IMG/VR virus record: IMGVR_UViG_3300030101_001745
Location: 37,547 to 101,546 of that record
Source of the DNA: a virus
Strand: one strand, 5' to 3'
DNA length: 64,000 bases
Below the pieces are notes generated by a model. It did no database searches, had not been told where the DNA came from, and worked only from the letters and a program-made list of their open reading frames with translations. This document shows, in pieces, positions 10,761 to 19,998 of the stretch. The translations under genes were made by a program, and so were the position numbers. The first letter of the stretch is position 1; every line of letters starts with the position of its first letter.

Positions 10761-11075
10761 ATGGTTGAACATGGGATAGAGGATGAAGAAACACCGAGCA
10801 ATGTGACAGTACATTACAATGTAGGGCCGGGGCATCCAGAGTATGATGAGAACGGTCATATTAGTTTTGCTTGGGAAGACCTTAGAGCAAGGAGAGCCAT
10901 GCGCTTGAAGAAAGTAGACATCTATCAAGGTGTATTAGTTTACAATACTCTAACAGAAGAACAACAAAATGAGTTGGCTACATACAGACAGGCACTTCTA
11001 GATTTGCCAAGTGACTACGATGACCCATTTGAGGCAATGGCAAACCTACCAACAATACCATCTTGGCTAAATTAA
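10761..11075 (+). CDS. Tail fibre assembly chaperone-like protein
   Basis: 'WEDLRARR..L..VD...YRQALLDLP...PTIPSWL' is typical of tail assembly chaperones; last gene after the fibre genes. Confidence 0.7.
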   Translation: MVEHGIEDEETPSNVTVHYNVGPGHPEYDENGHISFAWEDLRARRAMRLKKVDIYQGVLVYNTLTEEQQNELATYRQALLDLPSDYDDPFEAMANLPTIPSWLN

Positions 11076-11466
11076 CTCGCAATCCCACCATCGAAAGCGA
11101 TTCAATCTTACTTTCTTCAACGGTAAATCCAAAATGCAACCCCATTGTAAATTAGTTTTCTAGATGACCCTTATAACCCACCCTAGAGAGAACGATTTTT
11201 GGCCCACTCCATGGCGAGGTAATCCAACCTGCCCAACCACGAAATTAGACCACTTGCAAACACAATCATGAAAGGAGTGTAGAAACTCAGAGGTATTTCA
11301 AAAGACAAGTCATGTAAGAAACTCATGTCCAGAATTTCAATCATGGCTCTTCACTCCTAAAATATTTGGCTATTTCTTTGAATTCATTTACTAGAAGAAA
11401 CGAAGCGCAAAAAAGAAAGAAGCCCATTAGGATATAGACGGGAAGAAAGGGTGAGTATTCCATAGT

Positions 11467-11658
11467 TTATCTTACCTGCGCTTTCCAATATTCCCAATCC
11501 CAATCTGGATGTTTTTCCATTAATTTTTCTAATCTAATATCATGCCTATCCTTTTCATTAGCCATCTGGTAAACCTCCCGACATCCATGAAAGCGCGGTG
11601 TAAAAATTACACCATAAATATTGTCGTTAAAATCTACACAATCTACCTTACTACACAT
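11467..11658 (-). CDS. Small hypothetical protein
   Basis: 63-aa ORF at the end of the minus-strand block. Confidence 0.35.
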   Translation of the reverse strand: MCSKVDCVDFNDNIYGVIFTPRFHGCREVYQMANEKDRHDIRLEKLMEKHPDWDWEYWKAQVR

Positions 11659-11756
11659 TGAGATTTGGTTTTCGGAACTTCATATACTCTCGGATTTGAT
11701 GTTTCGCAAATACTGAAGTTTCTCCGTAGTTCTTCAGTTATTAAAATCGGCTTCTA

Positions 11757-11804
11757 TATAGAAAACTACTTTTTCATATAAAAAACTACTTTTTCATATA
11801 GAAA
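11757..11804. repeat. 20-bp tandem repeat (about 2.4 copies) TATA(G/A)AAAACTACTTTTTCA
   Basis: Copies at 11757-11776, 11777-11796 and a partial copy at 11797-11804. Confidence 0.85.
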
Positions 11805-11827
11805 GCAAAAAAAAGTGTTTAGAAACC

Positions 11828-11879
11828 AAAAAAAAAGTTGACCCAATGGCCGGAAGATTACTCTTCCCGCCAAAGGGCT
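11828..11879 (-). terminator. Hairpin plus U-tract terminator of the minus-strand operon
   Basis: Minus strand GCCCTTTGGCGGGAAGA-GTAA-TCTTCCGGCCATTGGGT followed by T9. Confidence 0.6.
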
Positions 11880-11995
11880 TTACATTCTTTACATTCCCAG
11901 ATTAGGATTTTTTCTAAAGAGCCAACTACATGGCCTTTGATTCTTCTTGGGATTGTTCTTTTTTCGCAGAACTTGCACTTACTGCGGAGGGACAC
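11858..11995 (-). CDS. Small Zn-ribbon protein (not in ORF track)
   Basis: GTG start; MSLRSKCKFCEK...WECKECKALWREE with two CxxC motifs. Confidence 0.55.
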   Translation of the reverse strand: MSLRSKCKFCEKRTIPRRIKGHVVGSLEKILIWECKECKALWREE

Positions 11996-12161
11996 GACCA
12001 GACCTCTGCTCTTCAAGAATCTGATTTTCCAATCTGGTCATATACTCGTCTATTGTCTTCTCATCATATTTGGAACTACCAAAGGTAGCAAAGAAAAGTA
12101 GGGACATCCCCATGATGAAAAATATCCCTAGAATCCACTCAAATGTCGTTGCCATTACCAA
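11979..12161 (-). CDS. Small single-pass membrane protein
   Basis: Hydrophobic N-terminal helix followed by a charged tail. Confidence 0.55.
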   Translation of the reverse strand: MVMATTFEWILGIFFIMGMSLLFFATFGSSKYDEKTIDEYMTRLENQILEEQRSGRVPPQ

Positions 12162-12751
12162 TCAACTCCTAGGTCGAGGACTTCCTCTTGGTCTAATGAG
12201 AAGCCCTTGACTACTTTATTGTTCTGTCCATGTTCCCACAATTTGTAGACCAATTCGCAATCCATGAGGCAGTATTCTGCTACCTCTGCATAACCGCCCG
12301 CTTTCCAGACTTTGGGAGCATCCTCGCTCTTCATCAGTTTCTCTGCACCTAGCGTATGGTGGACTAGATTATTCAAGGAATACCTCTCCTTGAATTCCTT
12401 TTGTAGTATGTGGCTAGTGTCAATGTATGCTTCCGCATCCATATACTTCTTGATACAATAGATGTCCATCGCATTCTTCAATACTGGTAGGTCAAACCCT
12501 ACTATGTTGTGTCCTAGTAGTTTACCTCCCTTCTCAAAGTGGTCATCCAAGTCAAACTTCAACTCAGACATAGACTTTACAATCGTATTGGGGAGTTTCA
12601 AGTCATCCAATGCCTTGTCTATGTAGATGGTTCCTTTGTCTCCATCGTAAGTACATACAGTAGAGACTCGGAACATGTGGGTATTACCCCACCCACCTAT
12701 CTCATGGGCGTAGTTTTTGGTTTCCAAATCAATTGCTAGTACAGACATCAT
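12155..12751 (-). CDS. DnaQ/YprB-like RNase H-fold 3'-5' exonuclease
   Basis: ExoI 'AIDLET', ExoII 'GHNIVGFD', ExoIII 'YCLMD'. Confidence 0.8.
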   Translation of the reverse strand: MMSVLAIDLETKNYAHEIGGWGNTHMFRVSTVCTYDGDKGTIYIDKALDDLKLPNTIVKSMSELKFDLDDHFEKGGKLLGHNIVGFDLPVLKNAMDIYCIKKYMDAEAYIDTSHILQKEFKERYSLNNLVHHTLGAEKLMKSEDAPKVWKAGGYAEVAEYCLMDCELVYKLWEHGQNNKVVKGFSLDQEEVLDLGVDW

Positions 12752-12990
12752 GATTCCTCTGTGTCAGCAGACCAGATAGAATCCAATTTCTTTTTAGCAG
12801 ATTTAGCGGGGTCTGGGTCTTCTATTACAGATTCCCTAGCCATGAACGCAACAAGTTTGTCACCTGCTACGCTTATCATGGTCTTTACTTCCCAACCTTC
12901 CTGTCCATAAGTATTCAAAGATTCGATGATTATCTTCGGACCTTCTGCAACTTGGAAAACAAGATACATGTTTTCATATTGCTTCTTCAT
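12748..12990 (-). CDS. Hypothetical protein (DUF4177-like)
   Basis: 'LNTYGQEGWEV' motif; overlaps its neighbours. Confidence 0.55.
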   Translation of the reverse strand: MKKQYENMYLVFQVAEGPKIIIESLNTYGQEGWEVKTMISVAGDKLVAFMARESVIEDPDPAKSAKKKLDSIWSADTEES

Positions 12991-14474
12991 TCTTTAACCT
13001 CCTTTTCGACAATCTTTGTGTAAACCGACCTTCCCTTCTTGGCCTCGTTGAATACTCCAGTCTTAGCCAATTCTTTGTAGTTTCGGTATATCGTAGCCTG
13101 TCCTTTACCTGTTGATTTACGGACATTCTCCAATAACTGTTGCTTGTTCACTCTCCCTTCACTGTCTGCTACGGTTTTTAGGTTTTCATATTCTGCCTTG
13201 AATACTTTGATTCCTAATTTGTCTTGACCAGATATTCTCTCCTGTCTAAGTGAAGTATCCAACCACGATATGAGAGACTTGTAACATGCTCGTATCAATC
13301 TAGAAGACTGTTGAACGTGCTTGTCTGTGACATAGTATCTGTTCTTCTTGGTTCTGATGGTAGGGGCTTCTGTGATAGCACACAATACTGCCATCCTCGC
13401 CATGCTTCCTTGCATCCTAGTGATGAAGTTGTTAGCCAATGACAACACCGATGGCCTACTTGACTGAACATAATTCTCAAACTTCTTTGTTTCAGCCTTG
13501 ATTGAATCTCTAAAGTTAGGAGCGAATCTCATTGTCTTCGTTCTATCCTTTCCGTTTTCTTCAAAGTGTTCTTTCAGACATTCATACACCTTTACTATCG
13601 CATCTCCAAACTGATTGATAGGTTGTGCGCTATCTGCAACTGTACCATATGAGTCTGCTACTTTTGCACGTAGTTCGTTCTGTAGTTCTATTGGTATCTC
13701 TCTGATGAAGAGTACCGACCTCTGCATTAAACCAGTCTCTGCAATAACCCTAGTCATGTTACTTGGGATGTAGGTAGTTGCGAAGATGCTTCTCTGGCAA
13801 TCGCAAACTAGAACATGGCCCTTAGCCAACTTCTTCTTGATAAGGTGATTATTTCCATGAAGCGAATTCATGAACTTGTTCATGTACATCACAACGTTCT
13901 CCTTGTGTTGTGAACTCTTGAAGACACCAGAATACTCAAACTCGTCATATGCGACTAATCCACTACCTTCCAATGCGCCATACACTTGTACGGGAACATC
14001 CACTACAGTAGCATTACCTTCATCGTCAGTCAACGTTTCTCTTTCTTCTGTTATCGTTCCAATCAAACCTGCATCAGTTGTGTCTTCGACATCCATGATA
14101 TCGAAGTTGGTTCCGTGGTTCGCATTGAGAACCTCAAACACATAGTTGGATACAGGGCCGAAGAAGTTGTACAATTCGGACTTTCCAGTACCAGATGTCT
14201 GCATCCATATCAATTGGATTCTGGTATCATCTGTCCTTCTTCCATGTGGTATTGCGGCCATGTCCTTACATATCTGACCTAGTAGAACAAAGTATGACAA
14301 TGCCGCAGGTATCTCATTGTAGTAAGACACCTCTGATGCAGAATTGACATACTGCTCAACTAGGCTAGGTAACTTCCGTTGCCTTGCCTTCGGGACTTCT
14401 TTTGACAAAGACTCCCAATACTCACGTTCAACGTGAGCCTCTCTTGCTTCTCTTGCTATTTCTTTTTCATTCAT
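12987..14474 (-). CDS. Divergent MCM-like AAA+ replicative helicase with C-terminal wHTH
   Basis: Walker A 'SGTGKS', 'TDAGLIG', Walker B 'YDEFE'; C-terminal HTH 'GKGQATIYR'; located next to primase. Start moved to MNEKE. Confidence 0.65.
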   Translation of the reverse strand: MNEKEIAREAREAHVEREYWESLSKEVPKARQRKLPSLVEQYVNSASEVSYYNEIPAALSYFVLLGQICKDMAAIPHGRRTDDTRIQLIWMQTSGTGKSELYNFFGPVSNYVFEVLNANHGTNFDIMDVEDTTDAGLIGTITEERETLTDDEGNATVVDVPVQVYGALEGSGLVAYDEFEYSGVFKSSQHKENVVMYMNKFMNSLHGNNHLIKKKLAKGHVLVCDCQRSIFATTYIPSNMTRVIAETGLMQRSVLFIREIPIELQNELRAKVADSYGTVADSAQPINQFGDAIVKVYECLKEHFEENGKDRTKTMRFAPNFRDSIKAETKKFENYVQSSRPSVLSLANNFITRMQGSMARMAVLCAITEAPTIRTKKNRYYVTDKHVQQSSRLIRACYKSLISWLDTSLRQERISGQDKLGIKVFKAEYENLKTVADSEGRVNKQQLLENVRKSTGKGQATIYRNYKELAKTGVFNEAKKGRSVYTKIVEKEVKE

Positions 14475-14476
14475 AT

Positions 14477-15172
14477 TTATATCTCCATTTTTGTTTCTTT
14501 GTTCAGAGTGTTTATTACTCTCTCTGCTAGAGTTTGGCCTACGCCTTCTATTTCGCACAATTCTGAAATTGTTGCTTCTCCTATTTCCATGATAGAACCA
14601 AATTTGTCTAACATGAGTTTAGCCTTATTCAGACTAATTCCTTTGATTGTAGTCAGAACATCCACCCTCAAATCGGTGGTGGTTATTCTCTTTACAATTC
14701 TAGGAGTGTATACTTCTCTGGTGATTGGTTGCATTTTACATACCGTACAAATCACCTCTGCGGCAGTCAATGAGTCCTTGACCCATACTACACTACAATC
14801 GGTATCTAGTATTATTCTGCCTAATGCACCATAGAACTTTTTCCAAGTCAAGGTGCGTAGGACTTTTGGATTGATATCAGACTTGACATGTGCAAGATGT
14901 TGTCTGAATGCTTTGTCAAATGAACCGTGTACTATCACAAGGTTATTGTCAAAGGCTCTATCCATGTTATCTAGTTGCTTCCACAGTCGCTTGTTCTGTA
15001 CTGACTGTAGGAAGTCGAAGGATGACTTCGCTTCAAAGCAGACGTTGTTGAAGGTATAGTCTCCAAACTCAATCCATTCTTTCTCAAAGGGTATGTTCAT
15101 CTTTCTTGCTTTCTCTTCCACTTGTTCCGTTAGAACAGAATTTTCCCTACTGTCAATAATGAGTTTGTTCAT
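14477..15172 (-). CDS. ERCC4/XPF-family structure-specific nuclease with HhH
   Basis: 'IIDSRE', 'GDY', 'EAKSSFDFLQS...RLWKQL'; C-terminal HhH 'IEGVGQTLA'. Confidence 0.85.
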   Translation of the reverse strand: MNKLIIDSRENSVLTEQVEEKARKMNIPFEKEWIEFGDYTFNNVCFEAKSSFDFLQSVQNKRLWKQLDNMDRAFDNNLVIVHGSFDKAFRQHLAHVKSDINPKVLRTLTWKKFYGALGRIILDTDCSVVWVKDSLTAAEVICTVCKMQPITREVYTPRIVKRITTTDLRVDVLTTIKGISLNKAKLMLDKFGSIMEIGEATISELCEIEGVGQTLAERVINTLNKETKMEI

Positions 15173-15289
15173 CTGAAAACCTCCCTGTGATTACATGAAT
15201 TGCATTTCATTACTGCCTTCTGTATCTTTGTACCTGCTCTTTGATAGGGGAGTTTGGTAGCAAACATCCTACCTTTGCATATTGGACAC

Positions 15290-15484
15290 TTAACTCCCCG
15301 CATTTCTTTTCCTCCCATGTCTATCTACCTTAGAGTAATCTGTCATTGTCTGTATCTTTTTACAGTCTAGGCAAATTCTCTTCTTCACATTGGGAGGTGA
15401 TGGTAGTTTACCCCATCTATTACATGGGCATCTGTTATCCTTGAACCGAATGCTACTCATCAGGATACCTCCAACACCTGCCAA
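15290..15484 (-). CDS. Small Cys-containing hypothetical protein
   Basis: CPC...CLDC motifs. Confidence 0.4.
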   Translation of the reverse strand: MAGVGGILMSSIRFKDNRCPCNRWGKLPSPPNVKKRICLDCKKIQTMTDYSKVDRHGRKRNAGS

Positions 15485-16445
15485 TACAATATCCTTGTGG
15501 TATTAGAACAGACTCGCAACCCGGAGCATGATACCCCTTCTGCACGATTCCCCTAACATATTTCTCACTTAGACCACGATTCCAATCAAGCCAGATACCC
15601 GGCTTCTCTGCTATTGTCTCCAATTCATCCATAACCATACTTACTATCTTCTCCTGTTGTGGTAGCCCGATGTGTCTCTCACCTATGCTTAGTAAATCTC
15701 TATACCATTGAATGAGATACACCCTAGCATAGTGACTAGGATTCTCAACTGTAATGGCGTTCTGCAAGCATGGCAGGATAGGTAGGTTTGCCAGTTTGTC
15801 TGGCATTTCAATCTCGGTGTCTGATACACTAACTGGTTTGACTTTCGGCCAATCAATCAGTTTGCCACCATACACGAAGTCTTCCTGTACTTGTTTCTTC
15901 GCCATCTCAATGATAGTATCAACATTTGCCGTCTTATCCATATCTAGTGGAATACAATAGTATCCATCACTACTTAGGTTGAGTGTGTTTGGTATCCTAC
16001 GAAGTCTGGTGGTCTGAATGCCTGTCCTGTCTAACGTAGGATAATCCTTAGCCAACTCGGTATAATACGCTTGAATGCTTCTGATATCATCTGCTCTCTT
16101 ACCATAAGCGATGATGTGAAAACCTTTGCCAGAAAAGAATGGTCTGAACTTGATACCCTCGTCTTGAAACTTCTTACATACTCCACGGAAATCTCTGTGG
16201 GCATTATCCAATGGTTCACCGTGAGCATCAAAATCCAGAAACATCTTGTCTAGAATAGCAGAACTATCTATCTTGGTATTGTCCGTGAACCTCTCAAACT
16301 CATACACGGTCATGTAGCAGTTCATTCTGCCATTGTTCATGTTCAACCATTTCAGATATTCTTCTCTACTCTTCACTAGTTTTCTTGGTATTTGCCTTGA
16401 GCCTTTGATGTGACTTCCGGCCCAAACTTCCCTTGGGTATCTCAT
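15453..16445 (-). CDS. Archaeo-eukaryotic primase (PriS-PriL fusion)
   Basis: 'FLDFD', 'FSGKGFH', 'RLRRIPNT' AEP motifs; C-terminal 'LPC...H.AR...PGC...GYCIGRC' resembles the PriL Fe-S domain. Confidence 0.85.
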   Translation of the reverse strand: MRYPREVWAGSHIKGSRQIPRKLVKSREEYLKWLNMNNGRMNCYMTVYEFERFTDNTKIDSSAILDKMFLDFDAHGEPLDNAHRDFRGVCKKFQDEGIKFRPFFSGKGFHIIAYGKRADDIRSIQAYYTELAKDYPTLDRTGIQTTRLRRIPNTLNLSSDGYYCIPLDMDKTANVDTIIEMAKKQVQEDFVYGGKLIDWPKVKPVSVSDTEIEMPDKLANLPILPCLQNAITVENPSHYARVYLIQWYRDLLSIGERHIGLPQQEKIVSMVMDELETIAEKPGIWLDWNRGLSEKYVRGIVQKGYHAPGCESVLIPQGYCIGRCWRYPDE

Positions 16446-16719
16446 TCTTATCATCTCCATTAAAATTAATATTTGCATTCATTAGTAATTCTTTGACTTC
16501 TATCGCTACGTCTTCCTTCAATCTGGTAATGAGGATTCTCTGAAAGTCCTCACCTATGTCCTGCCATACGAAATCTAATTTCTCCTTAGCAGACATATCT
16601 GTGTATATCCTTTCAGCGAACGTATCAACCAGAGCAGACATATCCTGCATCTCTGCAAAAGTCCATTGTTTTTCTTGTAGCATTTCTTCTATTCTATCTC
16701 TCACTATATCACTCCCCAT
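16366..16719 (-). CDS. Hypothetical protein
   Basis: ORF with SD-like context between polB-C and primase. Confidence 0.5.
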   Translation of the reverse strand: MGSDIVRDRIEEMLQEKQWTFAEMQDMSALVDTFAERIYTDMSAKEKLDFVWQDIGEDFQRILITRLKEDVAIEVKELLMNANINFNGDDKNEIPKGSLGRKSHQRLKANTKKTSEE

Positions 16720-16939
16720 ATTTTTGCTATTAGTAATAGCGACAAGAGTATGTTTACTCCTGCGGCTATCGTTCTGAACAAGGCCATTCTAGCAAAACGG
16801 TCTTGACTCCAGTATTCCAATTCATCTCCATTCATTCATTCTTCCTCTCTTATTTGTTCCTCTATGCATTTTCTACACCATCTATTTCCCATCATTATGA
16901 AATCATTACATGTCTCACATTTTACGGTGACTATGCCAT

Positions 16940-17854
16940 TCAAACTAACCATTCCCCCAAGGCACTTTGATTTCTATCTTTCTTAATTGCCTGTAAGTCC
17001 CATTCCATTGCATGATAGATTGGTGTGGCTTTCTTTAGAACCGACTCTGCATAATGTCTCCAATCTGGTTCATGCCATGACTCCGATAGTTCCTTCTCCG
17101 TTATGAAGGAGAAGTAGGATGGTCTTGTTGACCTACCAGAGAACGGATGTGTGTATGTGGCGGGAGAGTGTGGGTCAATCCTAAAGTACAGATATGAATC
17201 TGTAATAGGTGTATCCGATATAGTATCGTGATACAATACACCCTCTATCCCAGAACCGATGGTAGGTCGCTTTCCTTCTGATGTGACATAATCTGGTTTA
17301 TCACAACACTCTCTTCCCATCTGCTTTCTCTCCATCAACTCATGAAGGGTAAAGTTACTCTTCCAACCGTTCTTCCTACAGTTGTTACAGATTACCTTGA
17401 ACCTAGATTCTTTGTATCTCGTTCTTGTTAGAACATCGCTAACAGGAATCTTACCTTTTAATACTGCATTGTAAAGACCATGTAGGTAATCAGTTACCTC
17501 TTCTTCACTACATGCATTGACCCACATGTTCAAGACTTGTGTTTGTGTCTCCTTACCTAGTTTAGTGATAGACTGTCTCTTGGCAGTAAAACCAGTCATT
17601 GAGAACTCGTCTTCTTCAAGGAACTCCCCATCTTTCCAAGTAATCAACCCTGCGTTCCTGTTCTTTGTCACACCTACACCTAGAGTTTTGAAATACTTCT
17701 CAAACTCTAACTGTACAGGATGCTCATCCAAACCTAGAATGTTTGGAAACAACTTCTGTACTTCCTTGTTTATATGCTCTACTGCTTCCTTACCTTTCTC
17801 AACAGATTCACAATCTACATAGATGGAATCCGTGTGTCCATAAACTACCTTCAT
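16940..17854 (-). CDS. polB: Family B DNA polymerase, C-terminal subunit (motif C, thumb)
   Basis: Starts 'MKVVYGHTDSIYV'; 'LEFEKYF', 'KNRNAG', 'GFTAKR'; CxxC...CC Zn insertion. Confidence 0.9.
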   Translation of the reverse strand: MKVVYGHTDSIYVDCESVEKGKEAVEHINKEVQKLFPNILGLDEHPVQLEFEKYFKTLGVGVTKNRNAGLITWKDGEFLEEDEFSMTGFTAKRQSITKLGKETQTQVLNMWVNACSEEEVTDYLHGLYNAVLKGKIPVSDVLTRTRYKESRFKVICNNCRKNGWKSNFTLHELMERKQMGRECCDKPDYVTSEGKRPTIGSGIEGVLYHDTISDTPITDSYLYFRIDPHSPATYTHPFSGRSTRPSYFSFITEKELSESWHEPDWRHYAESVLKKATPIYHAMEWDLQAIKKDRNQSALGEWLV

Positions 17855-18087
17855 TATTCTCTCTCCTTGTAATTATCATGGTCTTTAGGTAACTTGTGTT
17901 GCCTTCTTTCCATCATGTTTCTAAGATAACCGCTAATGTTAGTGGCTCCTGTTCGGAAACGCTTCTCAGCAATCTTGTCTCCTTTCGGAACCATTTCGGC
18001 CATTAGGCCATCTAACCATGCTCTTCTTCCTACCCAATCTAATATTTCATATTCTACGTGTGCTACGCTTCTCGCTCTTCTTTCCAT
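17854..18087 (-). CDS. Hypothetical protein between the split polB halves
   Basis: 77 aa; TAATG coupling to polB-C. Confidence 0.6.
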   Translation of the reverse strand: MERRARSVAHVEYEILDWVGRRAWLDGLMAEMVPKGDKIAEKRFRTGATNISGYLRNMMERRQHKLPKDHDNYKERE

Positions 18088-18266
18088 TTTATCAATTCCT
18101 TTTTTATTTTCATAATCATTTTTTCATCTAAATGTGGGAATGGATTCACCATTCTCAGATAGTCGTGTAGCCAATGTCCGATACATACTTTGCACACGAA
18201 ACCATGTTCCGTCATACAACCCTCGGACTCTACATGACATACCGTACATCTAGCCACCTCTCCCAT
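18063..18266 (-). CDS. Small Zn-finger protein between the split polB halves
   Basis: CTVC...CKVC. Confidence 0.55.
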   Translation of the reverse strand: MGEVARCTVCHVESEGCMTEHGFVCKVCIGHWLHDYLRMVNPFPHLDEKMIMKIKKELIKWKEEREA

Positions 18267-18317
18267 GTCGCTTCCTCCATGCTTTCCTCGCTTTGAAGTA
18301 AGACTCCCAAGTTTGGC

Positions 18318-19997
18318 TCATTCGTATCGCCTCGCTTGGTAGGCCGCTTCTCTAATTGCTTCTCTAGCACTAGCAGTAATTGCCTCTGCTAATTCGATAT
18401 CACACCAACCGTATCCTTGGAATCCAACAATCCCATAGAACGAAGCCATTAATCTCTTGACCGCTAGTTGGTTGTTGTTCCACATAACGTACTCGGATTT
18501 GTCAGATGCATTTTTCATATTCACCTTGTACTCATTCCTCAACTTCTTCAATCCCAAAAGAGAACGTGGCAGAAGTCCTAAGTCATCCGTCTTGAAGTAT
18601 CTCATATTCGTGTGAGTTGATTCACTGAAATCCTTGGGAGTGCTGATATTTACTGCAAACTCAGTTGGTACTCTCGATTTTGTCTCCCACGAAATGTTTC
18701 TTGCAATCATCATGCTCGGATACAGACCCGCGAAGTCAAATGCGGCTACACCGAAATGTAGCCCATTTGTGCCTTCACTAAGCGGGTCATATACCATCGC
18801 CCCATCATATGACCTAGACTCTCCTTTCTTGCCTGTAGGAGCCTTCCAAGAAGCATTACGCATGAAGTAAATTCCTGCCATCTTAGTCGCATGATGACAT
18901 GCATCATACGGTGCTTTCAGAAGTCTCTGTAGAGATAGTATTGCTTCCGTGATGTGATTGGTAGTATCTAGTTCAACTAGCAATTCTACGTCTATCCTAG
19001 CATACTCCAGATAGACATCTGAATCCTCCAACCAAGCCCTAGCAAAGAATTCGTTCTTGTCTGGAAACCTATTACTCACTAGTTTCTTCTTTCCAAGAAC
19101 GGTTTCACCTATGTAGTCAAGTGCCATTGAAGGCAATGTTCCTCTCTGAGAATCCAACCATTGTCTTTCAAACGCCGCATCTAGAGCAACACATATCCTA
19201 CCCTTGATTGGTTGGTATGTAGGTGAGTAACTGTTCACCTTTCTCTTATCCATAGCGACTTGCTTTGTCTTCTTATCCCAATACACTCCACTAACTTCAT
19301 CACAAGGAGAAAGCAGTTGAGCATCTAACTTGTTATGGATGAGCCTCTCAATCAACTTAGGCAGGTCGAACTTCCAACCGAACCAAGAGATAAGCATGTC
19401 TGGGTCATGGAAGATGATATCGCTAAGGAAAGCCTGTAGCATCTTCTTCTCAGAAGAATAAAACTTCGCACCTTGTCCTAGCCCATCTGTGTCTCTACCA
19501 TCTGGATACCAAACATATGTCTTGTACCAATTGTCATAACTGTCGTATGTAGCAATACAAGTAATCGCGCCGTCATGTTCTCCACCTTGCATCCATTCCA
19601 TATCCCAATACAACTTTCTCATTTCATACTCTGGAAAGAAATCCGGGTTCTCTATAGCATACCTGTGATGATGTGCAACATCTCCTTCGTATGTGTCAAT
19701 ATTGTTTCTGTCAAACCAGTTTCTCATCAACTTAGCATAGTGTGGTTTTGGTGGTGACCAAGAAACTTGCTTTAGTCTATCACCGTCAAGATTGACGAAA
19801 TCAGTCTTCTCGTATGATGGCTTCAATGTGAAACTACCATAGGCATCTCTACCCTTGCACTCATTCATCTCAACCTCACTATCCTTGATGTAGAACCTAG
19901 GCTTGAATTCATCGAAGGATACTTCCTTCGTCTGAACCTTCTTGTATTCATCTCTCCATCTAAGCAGTATTCCCTTTGTCGTAGTATCAATAATCAT
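18318..19997 (-). CDS. polB: Family B DNA polymerase, N-terminal subunit (exonuclease, motifs A and B)
   Basis: ExoI 'WDMEW', ExoII 'FDLP', ExoIII 'YARID', motif A 'FDFAGLYPS', motif B 'KRLMASFYG'; ends just before motif C. Confidence 0.9.
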   Translation of the reverse strand: MIIDTTTKGILLRWRDEYKKVQTKEVSFDEFKPRFYIKDSEVEMNECKGRDAYGSFTLKPSYEKTDFVNLDGDRLKQVSWSPPKPHYAKLMRNWFDRNNIDTYEGDVAHHHRYAIENPDFFPEYEMRKLYWDMEWMQGGEHDGAITCIATYDSYDNWYKTYVWYPDGRDTDGLGQGAKFYSSEKKMLQAFLSDIIFHDPDMLISWFGWKFDLPKLIERLIHNKLDAQLLSPCDEVSGVYWDKKTKQVAMDKRKVNSYSPTYQPIKGRICVALDAAFERQWLDSQRGTLPSMALDYIGETVLGKKKLVSNRFPDKNEFFARAWLEDSDVYLEYARIDVELLVELDTTNHITEAILSLQRLLKAPYDACHHATKMAGIYFMRNASWKAPTGKKGESRSYDGAMVYDPLSEGTNGLHFGVAAFDFAGLYPSMMIARNISWETKSRVPTEFAVNISTPKDFSESTHTNMRYFKTDDLGLLPRSLLGLKKLRNEYKVNMKNASDKSEYVMWNNNQLAVKRLMASFYGIVGFQGYGWCDIELAEAITASAREAIREAAYQARRYE

Positions 19998-19998
19998 T

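Noticed and set aside
17855-18317. Split intein, group I intron or frameshift in polB
   Set aside because: No intein terminal motifs or recognisable intron core; the gap is filled with coupled ORFs and polB-C has its own start.
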